NCBI GenBank assembly: GCA_048213135.1
Contig: PS015419.1
Coordinates: forward strand, 42,198 to 106,197
Direction of reading: 5' to 3'
DNA: 64,000 bases
Origin: Reclinomonas americana ATCC 50394
Taxonomy: Eukaryota
Part shown: piece by piece, positions 23,101 to 37,650 of the stretch
Numbering within the stretch: position 1 is the first letter of the stretch
Layout: every line of letters starts with the position of its first letter
The notes under the pieces: model-generated
What the model was told of the DNA's origin: nothing
The model's database searches: none
The model's input: the letters and a program-made list of their open reading frames with translations, nothing else
Position numbers and translations under genes: made by a program

Positions 23101-26100
23101 TCGTTGCCGTTGTAGCGCTGCAGCGCAAAGCGCACATCGGCGGCTGAACAGAACTCAAAGTCCTGATGCATGGCCTCCACTCGCTTGCCGAGCTGTGCCT
23201 CCGCGCTCTGCGACACAACTGGCGTTACACGGCGCTGGTCGTCGTGCTTCACACAAAGAGCGCACAGCCTCTCACCAAGTTGATGCTCGTCTCCACCTTG
23301 CCCGACGCTTCGTCGACAACCACCACACCGTGTACCTTGTCGCGCAACTGCTTGAGGACGAGTTCGAACACCAGCCGCTGCGTCGCACGTGCGCGACGTG
23401 CGCGTGTAGAGCTGCGTTCCGCAAACTGATCACGCTCTGCGCCGCCCCAATTTTTTCTTAGCCACGTTTCGATCTGCCATGCGTGGCATGTAGACGATAC
23501 GCACCGTGCGCCGGACTCGCGTGATGATCGGCCTTGTCCAGGAATTCGTCCTCGCTGGGCATCGCAGCGAGAAGCACCTCCAGATCGTGCAGTGACACAG
23601 AGCCACCCGACTGCTTCAGCAGGCGGCTGACCAAGAAGGTGAACACGTCAAAGGCACCAGCGCGAATTTCCCTGTGCGACGCACGGTGAGCAGAAAACAC
23701 ACACATTGGCAAATATATCTCTTGCCCTCCCGCACACAAAACTGGCGCTCGCGATCGCTGATAGGACGAAGTTGTACCGTGGTACGCTTCATGCGCAGCA
23801 CGGCCACCTGGCGCACGGCCACACTGTTGCTGTAGTAACGGGAACTACCATGGACGATGTACTCCACGGGGGCCTCGGTGACCTCCCGATCTGCAGGATA
23901 CGCTGGCAGCGGAACGCGCAGCCAGCCGTCGGCCGTGTGCCCGCAGATCAATTGGCGCGTGCTCTCTGCATGCTTGCAGTACGAGTTGTGCAGGTTCTGT
24001 GCACACACGTGAGTGAGTCGACAAGCAACAGAGCCATTCACCGCGCAAGCACGCAACATACGGCTCATCGGCAGCAGCCGAAAACAGCATGGCAATCTCC
24101 ACCGCATCCTTCTGGATGACCGGCTTCAGCTGGAACGTGATGCCCGTGCTTATGTTTTGTACAAGCGTGCTAGTGGACGGCTGCGACACAATCGGGTGTG
24201 AAATACGGGACAGAATATGAGAAGAGACACAGAGACATCAGCAAGCACGCAACATCCTTGTCGAACAAGAACTCGGCATTCTCGATCGCCGCCCCGGCGC
24301 TATTCACCTCGTACTCTTCGCCGTGCTTCGCAAAGAATGTCGAGCCGAGAATGGCCTCGGCAGTGACGGCCTGCGGACCTTCCGGCGACAACGGCAGGCT
24401 CATGAGCACGTGGAGTGCGGGGAGCACACCGGAGCGATTGAAAATGTCGTAGTCGCGTGCACGCAGTGGCATGCGCAGCAGCGACAGGGCCAGCATGCTC
24501 AGCGAATGCGACAGGGCTTGGGTGGACTGGAGCGCATCCGCCGTCGCCGTCAACACTCGTCCAAATTGCGTCTCGCAAGTCTCCGCAACATCCACACAGC
24601 AGCTGCTCAGATCAGACAAGAAGTGCTTGCACAGCGACTCCTCTGCACACAAAAGAGTCAGTGAATCCACGAATACATCGGCAAAATTCGCTCCCCAACA
24701 TGCACGCACCAGCATTTGCGGCGGTAAACTTGGCCGACAACGCACTCGACAACTGGAACAGGGCGTCGTGGAACACCTCCGCATCGTGCGACGCGTCGGT
24801 GAGTACGGCAGCAAAAATGGAGAGAGCCTGCGCACGGCTGGCTCCGCGCTCCAGGCGGCGCAGCAGACCCGGCAACATGCGCTGAACCATCAACGGCACA
24901 CACGCAACCAGGCAGTCACGAACGTCTTCCAGCGTGGCCTTCGCACCCTTGGACACAGCGTGGTTGATGATCTTGGCAAACGGGTGCAGCTCAGCGCGAA
25001 GAGCCTCATCGCGCGCCTGCCGCGCCTCCTCTTCCTCCCGCGCGGCGGCAGCCGCACGCTCTTCAGCATCCTCTCGGCCACCAGCAGCAGCACCACCCCG
25101 GCCACGGCCACGGCCACCAGCACCACGCGCTGCAGCACGCTGCCGGCGACCCTCCCGTGCACNNNNNNNNNNNNNNNNNNNNNNNNNNNNNNNNNNNNNN
25201 NNNNNNNNNNNNNNNNNNNNNNNNNNNNNNNNNNNNNNNNNNNNNNNNNNNNNNNNNNNNNNNNNNNNNNNNNNNNNNNNNNNNNNNNNNNNNNNNNNNN
25301 NNNNNNNNNNNNNNNNNNNNNNNNNNNNNNNNNNNNNNNNNNNNNNNNNNNNNNNNNNNNNNNNNNNNNNNNNNNNNNNNNNNNNNNNNNNNNNNNNNNN
25401 NNNNNNNNNNNNNNNNNNNNNNNNNNNNNNNNNNNNNNNNNNNNNNNNNNNNNNNNNNNNNNNNNNNNNNNNNNNNNNNNNNNNNNNNNNNNNNNNNNNN
25501 NNNNNNNNNNNNNNNNNNNNNNNNNNNNNNNNNNNNNNNNNNNNNNNNNNNNNNNNNNNNNNNNNNNNNNNNNNNNNNNNNNNNNNNNNNNNNNNNNNNN
25601 NNNNNNNNNNNNNNNNNNNNNNNNNNNNNNNNNNNNNNNNNNNNNNNNNNNNNNNNNNNNNNNNNNNNNNNNNNNNNNNNNNNNNNNNNNNNNNNNNNNN
25701 NNNNNNNNNNNNNNNNNNNNNNNNNNNNNNNNNNNNNNNNNNNNNNNNNNNNNNNNNNNNNNNNNNNNNNNNNNNNNNNNNNNNNNNNNNNNNNNNNNNN
25801 NNNNNNNNNNNNNNNNNNNNNNNNNNNNNNNNNNNNNNNNNNNNNNNNNNNNNNNNNNNNNNNNNNNNNNNNNNNNNNNNNNNNNNNNNNNNNNNNNNNN
25901 NNNNNNNNNNNNNNNNNNNNNNNNNNNNNNNNNNNNNNNNNNNNNNNNNNNNNNNNNNNNNNNNNNNNNNNNNNNNNNNNNNNNNNNNNNNNNNNNNNNN
26001 NNNNNNTTCCTCCACCTCGACTAGACCCGGCAGCTCTCCAAGCAGCTCCGCCGCCGACAACTCTTCCGCCTCATCACTCGGCGCGGCCTCGTCCACGTCG

Positions 26101-29100
26101 GATTCCGCCTCTGCTGCCACCTCCTTGGGCTGCGGGAAAAGGTCATCGCGCTCATCACCAAACAGACCACGTCTCCAGAAATCGACACCGTAAATCGGCG
26201 TCGACAGGTACACCAGCAGCGCACTCATGAACTTGTGCACGTCGCGAGCGAGTTCCGCAATCGCCACCGGATTCAGACCCGGGCGTGCACGGCCGTCTGT
26301 TCACGCAAAGCAAGTCAGCTGCCTGCGCGGTGAAAGGGGGCGACAAAGAAGCAGCAGAGAAAAATCGGGTACGGAACCGCCAGAGAGCTGGCTGAGCGTG
26401 CGACCCAAGAACTCGCCACCATCGACGGCACGCGCCGCCGGTGTCTCATGGGAACGCGAGCGAGTGAGAAGCACCTCGGCAGTGGCGGCTGCCGGGGAAC
26501 GCAGGCCAGGAGTGCGGGGCTGGAACACATCAGCGCCCGTGAACTGCACCTGCGGCGTGGCGGGACTCTTCAGGTCCCAACCGCCACCGTACACGAGGCC
26601 TTCGTGCGGGTTCATGCCCGACAGGCGTTCTCCGTGATCGAACATGGCGGCGACTTCGTCTGCTTGCGTTGTGAGCAGCGGCACCTCTCCGAGCATCATC
26701 ATTGTGACACGACGCAACTCTCGTCCTTGCCCGGCCACGCCATGAACAGCGATGCCAGGTTCAGCTTGAGCAGCACACGAATGCAAATCTCCGTCACCAC
26801 GCCGGCATAGGCGGCGGCCACTTCCGACGCTGCGCACGGCGTGAGAGGAGGTGGCGGGGAAGGGCGACACACACACACACACACACACCCTCGCCAGATG
26901 CGTCCTCCTTCTTGAAAAAGGCGTTGGCACGACGAAGCACCCAGCTTCGCAGACGCTGTGCGCTGCGGCGTTGCAGTGCCAGGGACACGGCAGTGCGCGC
27001 CACGGCAGTCGGCAGCGCCGCGACATCACCCTGCGCCTCGACCAGCTGGAACTCGCGCGACAGCAACTCCAGCGCGTGCGACAGGCAGCGACCGCCCGGG
27101 TACAACTTCAGCGACACGGCAAAGGCCGTGCGCGACACGTCGTCGAGAATGCGCTCGGTTGACGACGGAAGCGCGTGCATCGGCTCCTCCGGAGCCTCCT
27201 GTGCAGCACCACCGGCCGGCCCAGCAGCAGCAGCGGAGGCGGCGGCAAATGGATTCTGCGCACACGATGGTGTGAGACATGAGCAATACGAGTGTGTGCG
27301 TGCGTGCTGACGAGAACGCAACCGACGCAGAGGCACCCGCGGACACAGACGGCGACAAAAAGGCCGGAGTCGCCGGCACATTGGTGTCCTCCACTTGCAC
27401 CAAGTCCAGCAGGTGCAAGAGGCGAGCACCGTCGGATTCGCCAGCGCGTACCGAGCCCGGCATGCACTGCACGCAGAGATCGCGTGAGCCGGGAGCGCAT
27501 CTCGTCAACATGCACATGAACACAGGATGGTACTCACCAGATCGGTGAACAGATCACGCTCCGCCGACTTGAGGTTGCTGCCAATGGGAAGCTGCAGCGG
27601 TTTTTATAAGTGCATGTGTCGAACCTCTACCAATGACCAGCCGAGTGACTCACCTGACGCTCGACCACCGCGTCGACGCACAGATCAAAGAATGACACCT
27701 CACTCGGCACATCAGACGCCGACACAAGGCCAGTGCCGCGCAGCACGTCAAAGTCGATGCCACCCTGCATGAGGTCCGTGTCGAGCATGCGCTGGTACTG
27801 CGTCTCCACCGGCAGCAGCGACGGACCGTGGAAGAGCTGCAAACAGCGCTGTCAGCCACACAAAAAAAAAACTCACAATCATTAGAAACGAGATGCGCAC
27901 CCGTCTCGCAAGCACCACCGACGTGTGTGCCGTGCTGCTGTGCAGGCGGGAGATCACGGTCTCGCCAGAGGCCGGCAAGTAGCCGGTGACAGCAACTCGG
28001 AAACCCCAGCGCGACTCGGGAGTGTCGCCCACGCCGTGCTCGGCGCCCGGAGCCACCGTAAAGTTGACGTAGACGGTGTCGCCCGGGATGATGAGACTGC
28101 GGTCCAGCAGGTCGATGCTGCCGAAACCAGCCGCGCGACCGCCACAGTACGTCTGGTGCATGGGCGTGCAGTACGCGCGCATCGGATCGGCGGCCTCACC
28201 GCTGGCCGGTCGCGGCGCCGGGGCGCTGAATTCGAGCGTGTCGCCGAGCGCAGCCGTGCATGTGCGCGGATCCAACTGCAGGCGCAGGAACTGTGCGCCG
28301 GGAATGCTGACCTCGAACGACTTGCAGTAGACGGCAGGGTACGGGTGCGGCGACTCGACCACCACCGTGCGCTCTTGCGCCGTCTGTGCTGGCACTGCGC
28401 GGCTCGACTCGCCACCACCGCTGCTGCTGCCGCTCGACACGAATTCGCGCACCACCGGCTGCAACACTGCCAGCGCGTGACGAATCTCGTGAATGGTCGC
28501 CAAAAACGTGGTCAGCTCGTGTCGTTGTGCGGCGCTGTGCATGCTCGGAAAATAAGCACACTTGCGCCACGTAGGCAACGAGGTCTGTGTGTGCACGCAA
28601 CAAGGCTTCCACCGGGTCCGCGTCGGTCACACCAGCGTCCTTGTCGGTGCGCTCCATCTCCGCAAACACCGCCAGCACCAGCGGGAGCGCCTTGCTGAGC
28701 AGTGCCGACGACTCGGTGTACGCCAAAATGCGCGCAATCGGCAGCTGACCCGCCTGGAAGAGATCCACCACGCGACGCAGCAGCGACGCACAGAGGCGTG
28801 CCAGCGTGTAGCACGCCGCATGTGCCTCCGTACGGTGCTCCTTCGACTTGACGCCACAAATGTGAGGAACAATCATCATCATTACGCAAGTGTCGCGCAC
28901 CACCGCCCACGTACCTCGGAGTAGCCCTGCAGAATGACGCGCGCCACACGCAGCGCCAAGCCCATCTCCACATTCTCCAGCACGGTGGCACGCATGTCGA
29001 GCCGCGCCGCAATGACCGCATCATGCAACGAGGCCACCTCCGCCGCCAAATCCTGCAGGCTCATGCCCACCCAGTCGATGCGCACGAGCGGGGTGTCGCG

Positions 29101-29535
29101 GTTACGGCGATGCTTGTTCTCGTGGCGGTCGCGATTCTGCGACTTGCTGTAGCCGCGGTAGCACGGCGGGTACCGGCACATGTAGCGACTCGGAGGCTCC
29201 AGCGAGCCCGACGCCGCCGCCAGCAGCCTGCTGCACGCCTCACGCACCGCAAAGCCGCGCATGTCATCCTCCGCAGACAGACGCGACACGTACGCATTGT
29301 CAACCACTCGACGTGTCTCATACGCTGCGCAGATGATGATGATGAGCCTTGATTTGGATGCATGCATGCACACACACAATGCACTCTCTGTGTGTGTGTT
29401 TCTCTCACCGCTCAGTGGGCGCAGAGGGTTTATGGGGTGCGGAGCAAGAAGCTCCGCGTACTGGCGGCGTTGCTCGTCGGTGACATGCAGCGGAATATCT
29501 AGCAATTGCGACAACACCTCTGTCAACGACGCCAT
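17145..29535 (-). CDS. MYCBP2: Giant MYCBP2/Highwire/RPM-1-like RING-Cys-relay E3 ubiquitin ligase (spans three gaps; 5' end approximate)
   Basis: C-terminal RING CSICYAEPL...[68 protein letters not shown]. An upstream ESPHPY...LDPRTCTA...WGF module at ~28000-28370 resembles a domain in MYCBP2. The C-terminal call is strong; continuity of the whole span is inferred. Confidence 0.8.
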
Positions 29536-29698
29536 GACACCTTACACACACACGCACACAGAGAGAGAAGCAGGAGAGAGAAAGCACACACACACACACA
29601 AAGGGGGGGAAGCGCGGTGGCGTGTGCGTGCCGATAAAAGTGAAAGTGTGTGAGTGGGGGGAGTTGTGACGCGAGAGGACATGTCGACTTCGTTGTGT

Positions 29699-31976
29699 TC
29701 ATTTTTGGAAGGGGTTGTGCTCCACCAGGTCCTCTTGTACGGCCTTGAGTTCGTGGTCGATCTCTCGGGCGTTGCGGTCGACCCACATCCAGATTTCCGT
29801 GACACGGCTGCGGTTTTGCTTGTGGTCGCGGTCGACCAGGCGGCGTCGCAATGCCTGGAAATTCTCCTCTTCTTGCTTGGCCAGCGAGTCATCCTGTACG
29901 GAGAGATGTTGAGAATGCGTGTGTTGGCTGGCCAGCTTTCCCCCTTGTACGCACCTTGTTGCTCAGCAACGAAAGGCGCGCGTCGTGGGCCACCTTGAGA
30001 AGTGTTTTCGCCACTTCCTTGTCGCGCAGCAGCTGCTCAAGGCGCGGTGAGATGCGTCTGCCATGAGTGTGACTGCGTCCGAGCTTCAACGTACCCCAAT
30101 ACCACGCTCCGACAGGCCGAGTTCCTGCAGCACCTGCTCGCCCTCCTCGGTCGACGCCTGGTCCATGCCCCACTGCAACCGCTTCTGCTGCTCCTGATAA
30201 AAGGCGTCCTCGTCGGCACGCAGATCCTCAAAGCTACGCGAGCAGTGAGCGCGCGAATGCAGACAAAGCAAGGGGGCAGGGAGCGCAACTTTCGGCGAAT
30301 CGCATCGACACACAAGTCACGCGTTTGCTCCATGACATTAATGTACTCGTCAATGACATTCTGCGCGTTGGTGGTGGCGGTGGTGAGAGACGCACCCGGG
30401 TTCATGCAAGGCACAGCCAGTGACTCACCGAGAACTGCTCGACACGGGTGACCTCCATCTCCAGCAACTTGACCGTCATGGCCTCGTTCTCCTGCTTCAG
30501 TCGAATCAGTTTGGCCTCGTCCTCGGCCGGATCCGACGTCTGCGCCTTGACCTCCATCAAGATCTGTGCCGCAAGAGGCGGGGGCGTGAGTTGATGGACA
30601 CGGTGGAGGGGCTGTTGCATCTCCCGCACCTGTTTCAGTTCGCGCTCAAACGCCTTGATCATGGCCTTGGCGGCGGTGTTCTTCTCCTCGTTGGCCGAGT
30701 TGATCACGCTCTCAAAGTCCGCCGTCTCCAACTCCTTGTCGTGGTACAAGGTAAACATTTCCTCGGCCAGCGCATGCTTGGTCTCCTCAAACTTGGCGCG
30801 GTATCTGTGTGGGTGAGTGTAAGCAGACAGTTTTCGCCTTGACACCCGCACACACTGCACACGCAACGCTTCAGTGCACTCGACAAACAGCGTCTCCAGG
30901 TCCTTGTAGCGCGGGTCGGCATCTTCGTCAAACATGTAGCGGAACAGCGTGACAATGCCCGCCATGTTGACTTTCTGTGATGTGGAATGTTGAGCACCAC
31001 ACTTGCGTCATCATCTCTCCCGCACTCCCAACGCAACTTCGTACTCGGCCTCCTCCTTGGCCACCTGCTTGGCACGCTGCCGATCCTCCTTCTCCGTCTG
31101 GTCCTGCTCCTCGAGGTTGAGCACCAGGTTGATGAAGCGATCGCGCGCCTTTTCGAACTTGGCCCCGTCCACCAGTCGGTAATCGAGGAAGCGCAGCTTT
31201 TGCAGGTGCACCAGAATAAAGGCGCTGCTGTCGGGGTCCTCGCAGAACGGATTGCCCTCCACCACCAGCAAGCGCAAGCGACGGAACCGTCGCAAGTAGG
31301 CCAACTGAACGAGAGAGAGACAGTTAGCAACACGAATGCCCCGTGTCTTGTTTCTCTTGCATACAAACCTCCTGATAGCTGGTCAGCTGATTCTTGCCGA
31401 GGGAGAGACACTCGAGCTTCTGCAACGAGTCCAAGTTCTCCACCTTCTTGATCTGATTCGAGTAGAGAATGAGGTCGGTGAGGTTGACGAGTGCCTCCAG
31501 TCCCTCAATCTTCTCAATCTTGTTGAACGACAGATCGAGCCACTCCAGCGTGGGGATGCTCGACAGCGCCTCGATCTTGGTGATCTCGTTGTTATCCAGC
31601 TGCAGCTTGCGCAGCGCGTGCAAGCCCACCAGGTTGCTGATGCGATGAATGCCACGAAACGAGAACATCAGGTGCTCAATGTCCTTGATCTCCATCTTCT
31701 CCTTCTGCTTCGCCGCCTCCTCCGCCTTGCGATCGACGCCTGCGCGGAGGGTGTCAGTGAGGCACATCACCACGGGCATGAGTGTGTGATGGATGAGCGC
31801 GCACCGAGAACAGCTGCTGCGCTGTCACCATCCGTCACCGTCGGCACAAAGATACACTTCATAATGAGGTCCTCGTCAATGACTGCGTATTGTGGTCGCG
31901 AGCCACTCCCGCCTGCGCCTCCCGCCACCACGACAGCGCCTCCACCAACGCCACTGGGCCCAGCTGCTGACGCCAT
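29699..31976 (-). CDS. DRC3: Dynein regulatory complex subunit 3 (LRRC48)
   Basis: VIDEDLIMKCI, SDS22-type LRRs (LRKLQLDNNEITKIE, WLDLSFNKIEKIEGL), LRR cap LRFLDYRLVD, helical C-terminus with NRSRVTEI. Confidence 0.88.
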
Positions 31977-32064
31977 TTGCTCTCTCTCTCGTACGATGAG
32001 GGACAATCACGGTTAAACGACCTGCGGGTGACGTCATCGATTGACGCATTGTGCGAGAGAGGAG

Positions 32065-33968
32065 ATGGACGCGGTGCTCGTCAATGTGCTGCTGCGCGTG
32101 TTTGTCGCGCTGTTCCCGCACTCTGGTGTGCTTTCCCCCCTTCTCTAACTCGCTCGTTTCTGTCCGCTCATTTGTTGAGAAAAGGTGAGGGACGGCCGCC
32201 GATGTTTGGAGACTTTGAGGCGCAGCGGCACTGGATGGAGGTGACTGTGGCACTGCCGCGGGAGCAGTGGTACGTCCACTCATTACCCGACAACGATCTG
32301 ATGTATTGGGGACTCGATTATCCGCCACTCTCCGCCTATCACAGTCTGCTCGCCGGTCACGTGTTGCGTGACACCCACCCACACACACGCACGCACAAGA
32401 CACTCACCCTCTCACATGGATGCCGACCTGCAATTCCTCTTTCATGTGTCAGCGCGGAACTGGTGGTTCCGGACTTGGTCGCCCTGCATTCCTCGCGCGG
32501 CCACGAGTCGCTCGCGGGCAAGGTCTTCATGCGAGCCTCGGCACTGATCGCCGACATTCTCGTGTACTTTGTCGCCATTCTCGCCTGCTGGCGCATCTTT
32601 CGGCATGTGCAAAAGTCTGTGGATCATGTGATTCCGCCGCGATCGGCTTCCCTATTTGCGCTGCTGGCGGCGCCGCCTCTCATCCTGGTGGACCACGGTC
32701 ACTTTCAGTACAATGCGGTGAGCCTGGGAGTGACGGCGTTGGCCTGCGCATTTGCTGCTGTGCATGCGGATGGACTGTGCGCGGTGTGCTTCACGCTGGC
32801 GATCTGCTACAAGCAAATGTCGCTGGCACACGCGCCGGCCTTTTTTGTGTACTTGCTGGCACAGTGTGCGCTGCGTGCCACGTGGAGCAAGCGGTGAGCC
32901 CTCGATCCTGTCTCCTGGGTATGCGTAAGTGGCGTTCTGATGGCGATTCAGTGTGATGCATTTTGCGTGGATTGGCGTGTGCACGTTGTCCACCATTGCT
33001 GTGTTGTGGCTGCCGCTGGCCAGCACCGCCGTGGACGTGCTGCATCGCATGTTCCCCGTCGGCCGTGGTCTCTACGAGGACAAGGTGGGGTGTAGTGTGT
33101 TGTCTGCGGAGCAGAGGCAGTGCCACTGACCGCACGTGGCAGGTGGCCAATCTGTGGTGCTCGATCGCGCCCTTCTTCAAGCTCAAGGACGTGACGCCAC
33201 TGTCCACGCAAGTGCGCGTGTGGTGAGTGACTGTTCCCACTCGGTCCACTTTCTTGCACGCTCATTACTTTTGGAACAGTCTGCTGTTCACGCTGCTGTC
33301 GATTGCGCCGCCGTGCCTGCTGCTGTGGCTCCGCCGACGGTGGCACGCCAGCGGCACGGTGCACCTTTTACGCTGCCTGATCATCAGCTCTCTCGGCTTC
33401 TTCTTGTGCGCCTTCCACATGCACGAAAAGAGCATTCTGCTGGTGGTGCTGCCGGTGACGCTGCTGCTGGCCACACCCGACTTGTCGCCCCTCGAACGCG
33501 CCATTTGCGTCTGGTTCATCACGGTGTCCACGTTCAGGTGCGTTGATGCTGTTGTGAGACCTCTTCAGCAACACTGGACTTACTCGAGCGCGCACAGCAT
33601 GTATCCGCTGCTGGAGCGTGATGGCCTCTCGGTTCCGTATGCCGTGCTGACCGTGTTGTGGACGTGGTGGCAGCGACGAGAACTCGTCTGCATTCGCTGG
33701 CTGTGTGTGGTGCGCGGTGATAAAGGGAGTGGGTTGCTTCTTTCTCTCTCATTCATTCTCCCTCTCTTCGTAACAGCTGTCGACAGTGGCCATGCTCACA
33801 CTGCACGCATGCATGGGTTTGCTGCGTGCACCGGCACGCTACCCAGACCTGTGGCCGTACTTGATCACCACGTGCTCATTCGGCCACTTTGCCCTTTTTT
33901 ACGTGTACCAACTGGTGCGCATGTACCGCGACACCGGCAGTGCCGACACCAAGGCCAAGGAACAATAA
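32065..33968 (+). CDS. ALG6: Dol-P-Glc:Man9GlcNAc2-PP-Dol alpha-1,3-glucosyltransferase
   Basis: PPMFGDFEAQRHWMEVT, YWGLDYPPLSAYHS, VDHGHFQYN, YKQM, RGLYEDKVAN, HEKSILL. Confidence 0.95.
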
Positions 33969-34090
33969 TTGAAAACACATTCTTGATAGACTCTTTATGC
34001 GACACGATCACAGAGAACAGGGAGGGAGAGAGAGAGAGAGGCATCACCAAGATGATGATGTAGAAGAGGGAACCGATCATGGACCCCCGC

Positions 34091-37000
34091 TCATGTACGG
34101 TTCTCGTCCTCTCGCACCTTGTAGATGCGTACCATCCAATGCTCTGTTGTGTACGCCTCTTCGAGGTATTCCATCTCGAATTCTTTGTGCCCGATTTCTG
34201 TACTCCGTACGCGATCCCAGCCGGTTGGTTTTCCTGTGGTGATGGAAAAACAAGTAGGTAAGCCACAATAGAACTCTACTTCCACACACAAACACGCACA
34301 CACACTCTATTGCCCTCGGCCTCTCCCGCGCTCTCTCTCTCTCTCTCTCTCGCTCGCTCGCTCGCTCGCTCTCTTTCCCTCTTCGTGACACTCACCATAT
34401 TCTGTCATGACCTCGCCGAATCGATAGTAACACATCTTGTACATCATGCTGTTGTGTAAGCGTGGCGGCGCGTCCTCGTCTACTCGATACTCGCCACGAC
34501 GACTGCGTACAGAGAGAGAGAGAGAGAGAAATACACAATGTGGCACTCAGTCACCGCGGGCCGTTGTGCATCACCTCCAAATGCACCCACACGCAACGTC
34601 ATGTAATCCGTGTCCTTGAACGACGAATCAATGGAGCCAGCGATACGAATCATCCACAAGAACTTGTTGATATCATCCGAGGCGTAGCCCGTCATGCCAC
34701 CGCACACCACCAGCACGTAGTCGACGTCGAGCGCACGCAGCACATTCAGGCCGACCTCCTCGGTGCTGGCAAACGCCTTGGCCACCGTGGCAATGTGCGT
34801 GTTGTTCCACGTGTTGTTATCGACAATGACGGTTCTGTTGGCCATACCCGATATCTGCGCGGCGATGACCGAGGATGGTGAGTTACGTGTGTGCGCGCGC
34901 GAGGGCGCAGGCCATCACCGGGGTGCCACGCAACTTGATAACCATAATCCCACCAACTCATAATCTTGGCATCGGGTGGGGTGTTGTAGCGGAGCCAGTG
35001 GTAGGCCTCACGGAAATCGTCGAAGATGATGCGGTTGCCGCGCATGCTGCGCGCCGCCATGACAATGGATGGCGACGAGTACGCCTCCGAGGTGACCCAG
35101 ATCGAGTGGCGCACGTAGAAGAAGAGCAGGAAGGTGATGAGGACGATCATGGCGATCGAGAGGAAGCGGTTCATGAACGGGCGCTCGACAGCGACGGCCT
35201 TTCTGCCCGCCGACGGGTCCACCACGTCATCGTCAGGGCCTGTACGAGGAGAGGCGAGTGAGGCGGGGAGATACAGGACAGAACTTATATCGTGGCCGCG
35301 CAGCTACGTACCAGTCTTAAAGACCCACATCAGATTGTTCATGCTCGAGGAGAGACCAATGCCAGCCAGCAAGCAGGCCACCGGAGCCAACACCAGCATC
35401 AAACGCACCATTACGCCGGCAAAGTACACACTGGTGACACCGTACAGGGCCAGGAAGAGCACGCCGTCGGTCTTTGGGTTCTCCCACGGCGTCTGGTAGC
35501 ACACGTACAGACCTGCGTGACGAAGCGCAGTCAGCGGCAATGCCAGACACCATAGATGTACACAAACGCTACGCACCAATGGGGAACAGGTACACGAGAA
35601 TGTGCAAATCAAAGAAGAACGACGCCCACGTGGTCGGCTGATGCTCGGACACGGAGGCGATAATGGGCACGTGGTCCTTGGCGTATGTCGGATCGAGCAG
35701 CGCGATGAAACGACCCGTCCAGCCCGGCGAGTCTGTGTGCACGCGTCAGTAGTGAGCAGTGAGGACATGGAGAGTGACCGTCGGGAGAAGGAAAACGCAA
35801 CAGCCAGTCAGGGCAAGAATGACAAAGAACAGCATGAACGACAGCATGAGCGCGCGGATAGTGGTGCGCGTGACACGCTCAAAGGCCTCGCTCGACAGGT
35901 GGCTGCGGAGCCAGCGCACGCCGCAGAACAGCTGCAAGCCGATGAAGGTGACCAGCGCCAGCAAGTGCTCGGAGCTCTGCACGGCCTGGAAGTTCACAAA
36001 GCGCACTTGCATGGAGAGCATCGTGCCGAGAATGTAGAACGAGGTGTAGGCCACGTAGAGACGGTTGGTGTACCGGCCGAACAGGATCATCAGGATCTGG
36101 GCGGAGAGGCAAGCGGGTGAGTCCACAATCGTCGCACGCACGCAGACGCAAATCTGTTTGAGTGTCGGCGACGCAACGACGTACAGCGGGATGAGGTTGA
36201 TGATGAAAATGTAGCCGCCCCACGCAAACACCATGTAGGCGTAGCCGAGGCAGCAGAAGGTGGACCAGAAGAGCGAGCCCGTGTTGACGGACTTGACCCA
36301 CAAGTAGAAGGTGATGTTCATCGCAAAGATCGCAATGGCTTCGTTATCGTACGAGCCGGCGACCGAGCGTGAAATGTAGCCTGCCAACAAACATGTGAGT
36401 CGCCACAGTGGAAGAGAGAGAGAGAGAGAGCGTGTACGCACCAGGCACAATGGCGAGGAAAGCGGCCGCAAACAGACCGGCCTTCTCATCGCGCACCTCC
36501 TTGCCGAAAAAGTAGGCGACCATCGACGTGTTGGCGGCGAAGACGGGTGCGAGGAACACGCACACGTTGCGCACGGACAGCGGGAAGGTGAGGAACGACA
36601 GGATGTAGTACAGGCCGGCGGCGGTCATCATCAGTCCTGCCGAGGAGAGGTGTGAGTGAGAGACAAAAGGAACAGAGTGTGCCGGAGATTCAAAACACAC
36701 CAGGGTACACGGTGCCGCCAATGATACGACCAAGCGGATACCAGCTGCGCACGACAAATGAGCACACAGGGACGAATGCACACGACACAGCGCACCACAG
36801 GAGCACAACCGACCTGGCATCGTCGAACCAGTTGTAGAACTTGTAAAAGCCCTCCTCGATGAGGAACTTGGTGGTGCGGAAGTTGAACCAGGGATCGAAC
36901 TATGCGCGGAAAGAGAGAGAACGTGTCATGCACACACGCACAACAACAGCGGCAGTGCTTGCTGGCAGAGCGAACCTCATGAATGACTGTATGCAATGCA

Positions 37001-37534
37001 CGCGCGCATGAGAATCGCAAGTCGCAAAGCAACGCATCGAGACAGACACATAGACAAACGCACCGCTCTCGTAGCGCAACACGGCAAACAGTCGCACCAT
37101 GAACGCTGCAGCGGAACAAGTGAGAAAGCGAGAGAGAGAGCGCGCACAGGCAGAGTGGACATGACCATGCCGCACTCACCCACGACGCAAATGAGACCGA
37201 GAATGAGCACTCGCAGCACGACTTCCTGCACACGCGCGCGCAAGGGAGAGAGAGAGCAAGCAAACGAGAGACCATCAGCGCCCAATGCAACGCGCACGAC
37301 GAAAGTGAGAGTAAGTGAGAAAGAGAACCTTGTGCTGATACGCATTCCATCCTGCACACACACGCATGCACACACACAGACGATCAGTGCATAGTGCATG
37401 ACACACACACGAGCAGCACACACACACACACCGTCTTCCAGGTAACCAATGATACCCTGCGACTGTTGCTGTTGTTGCTGCTGTTGCTGCGACTTGCTGG
37501 ACGAGGCCGCAACCACGCCGCCTGCTCCCTCCAT
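34091..37534 (-). CDS. STT3: Oligosaccharyltransferase catalytic subunit STT3
   Basis: [69 protein letters not shown]. Junctions checked are GT-AG. Confidence 0.97.
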
Positions 37535-37650
37535 TCACACAAAGAGGAAAGGAAACAACGCACACGCGCGACACAGAGAAGTGAGTGAGTGACAGAGAGC
37601 TCGAGACAGACACGCGGAATTTTCATATCGTGTGACGCGAACTTGGAGAC

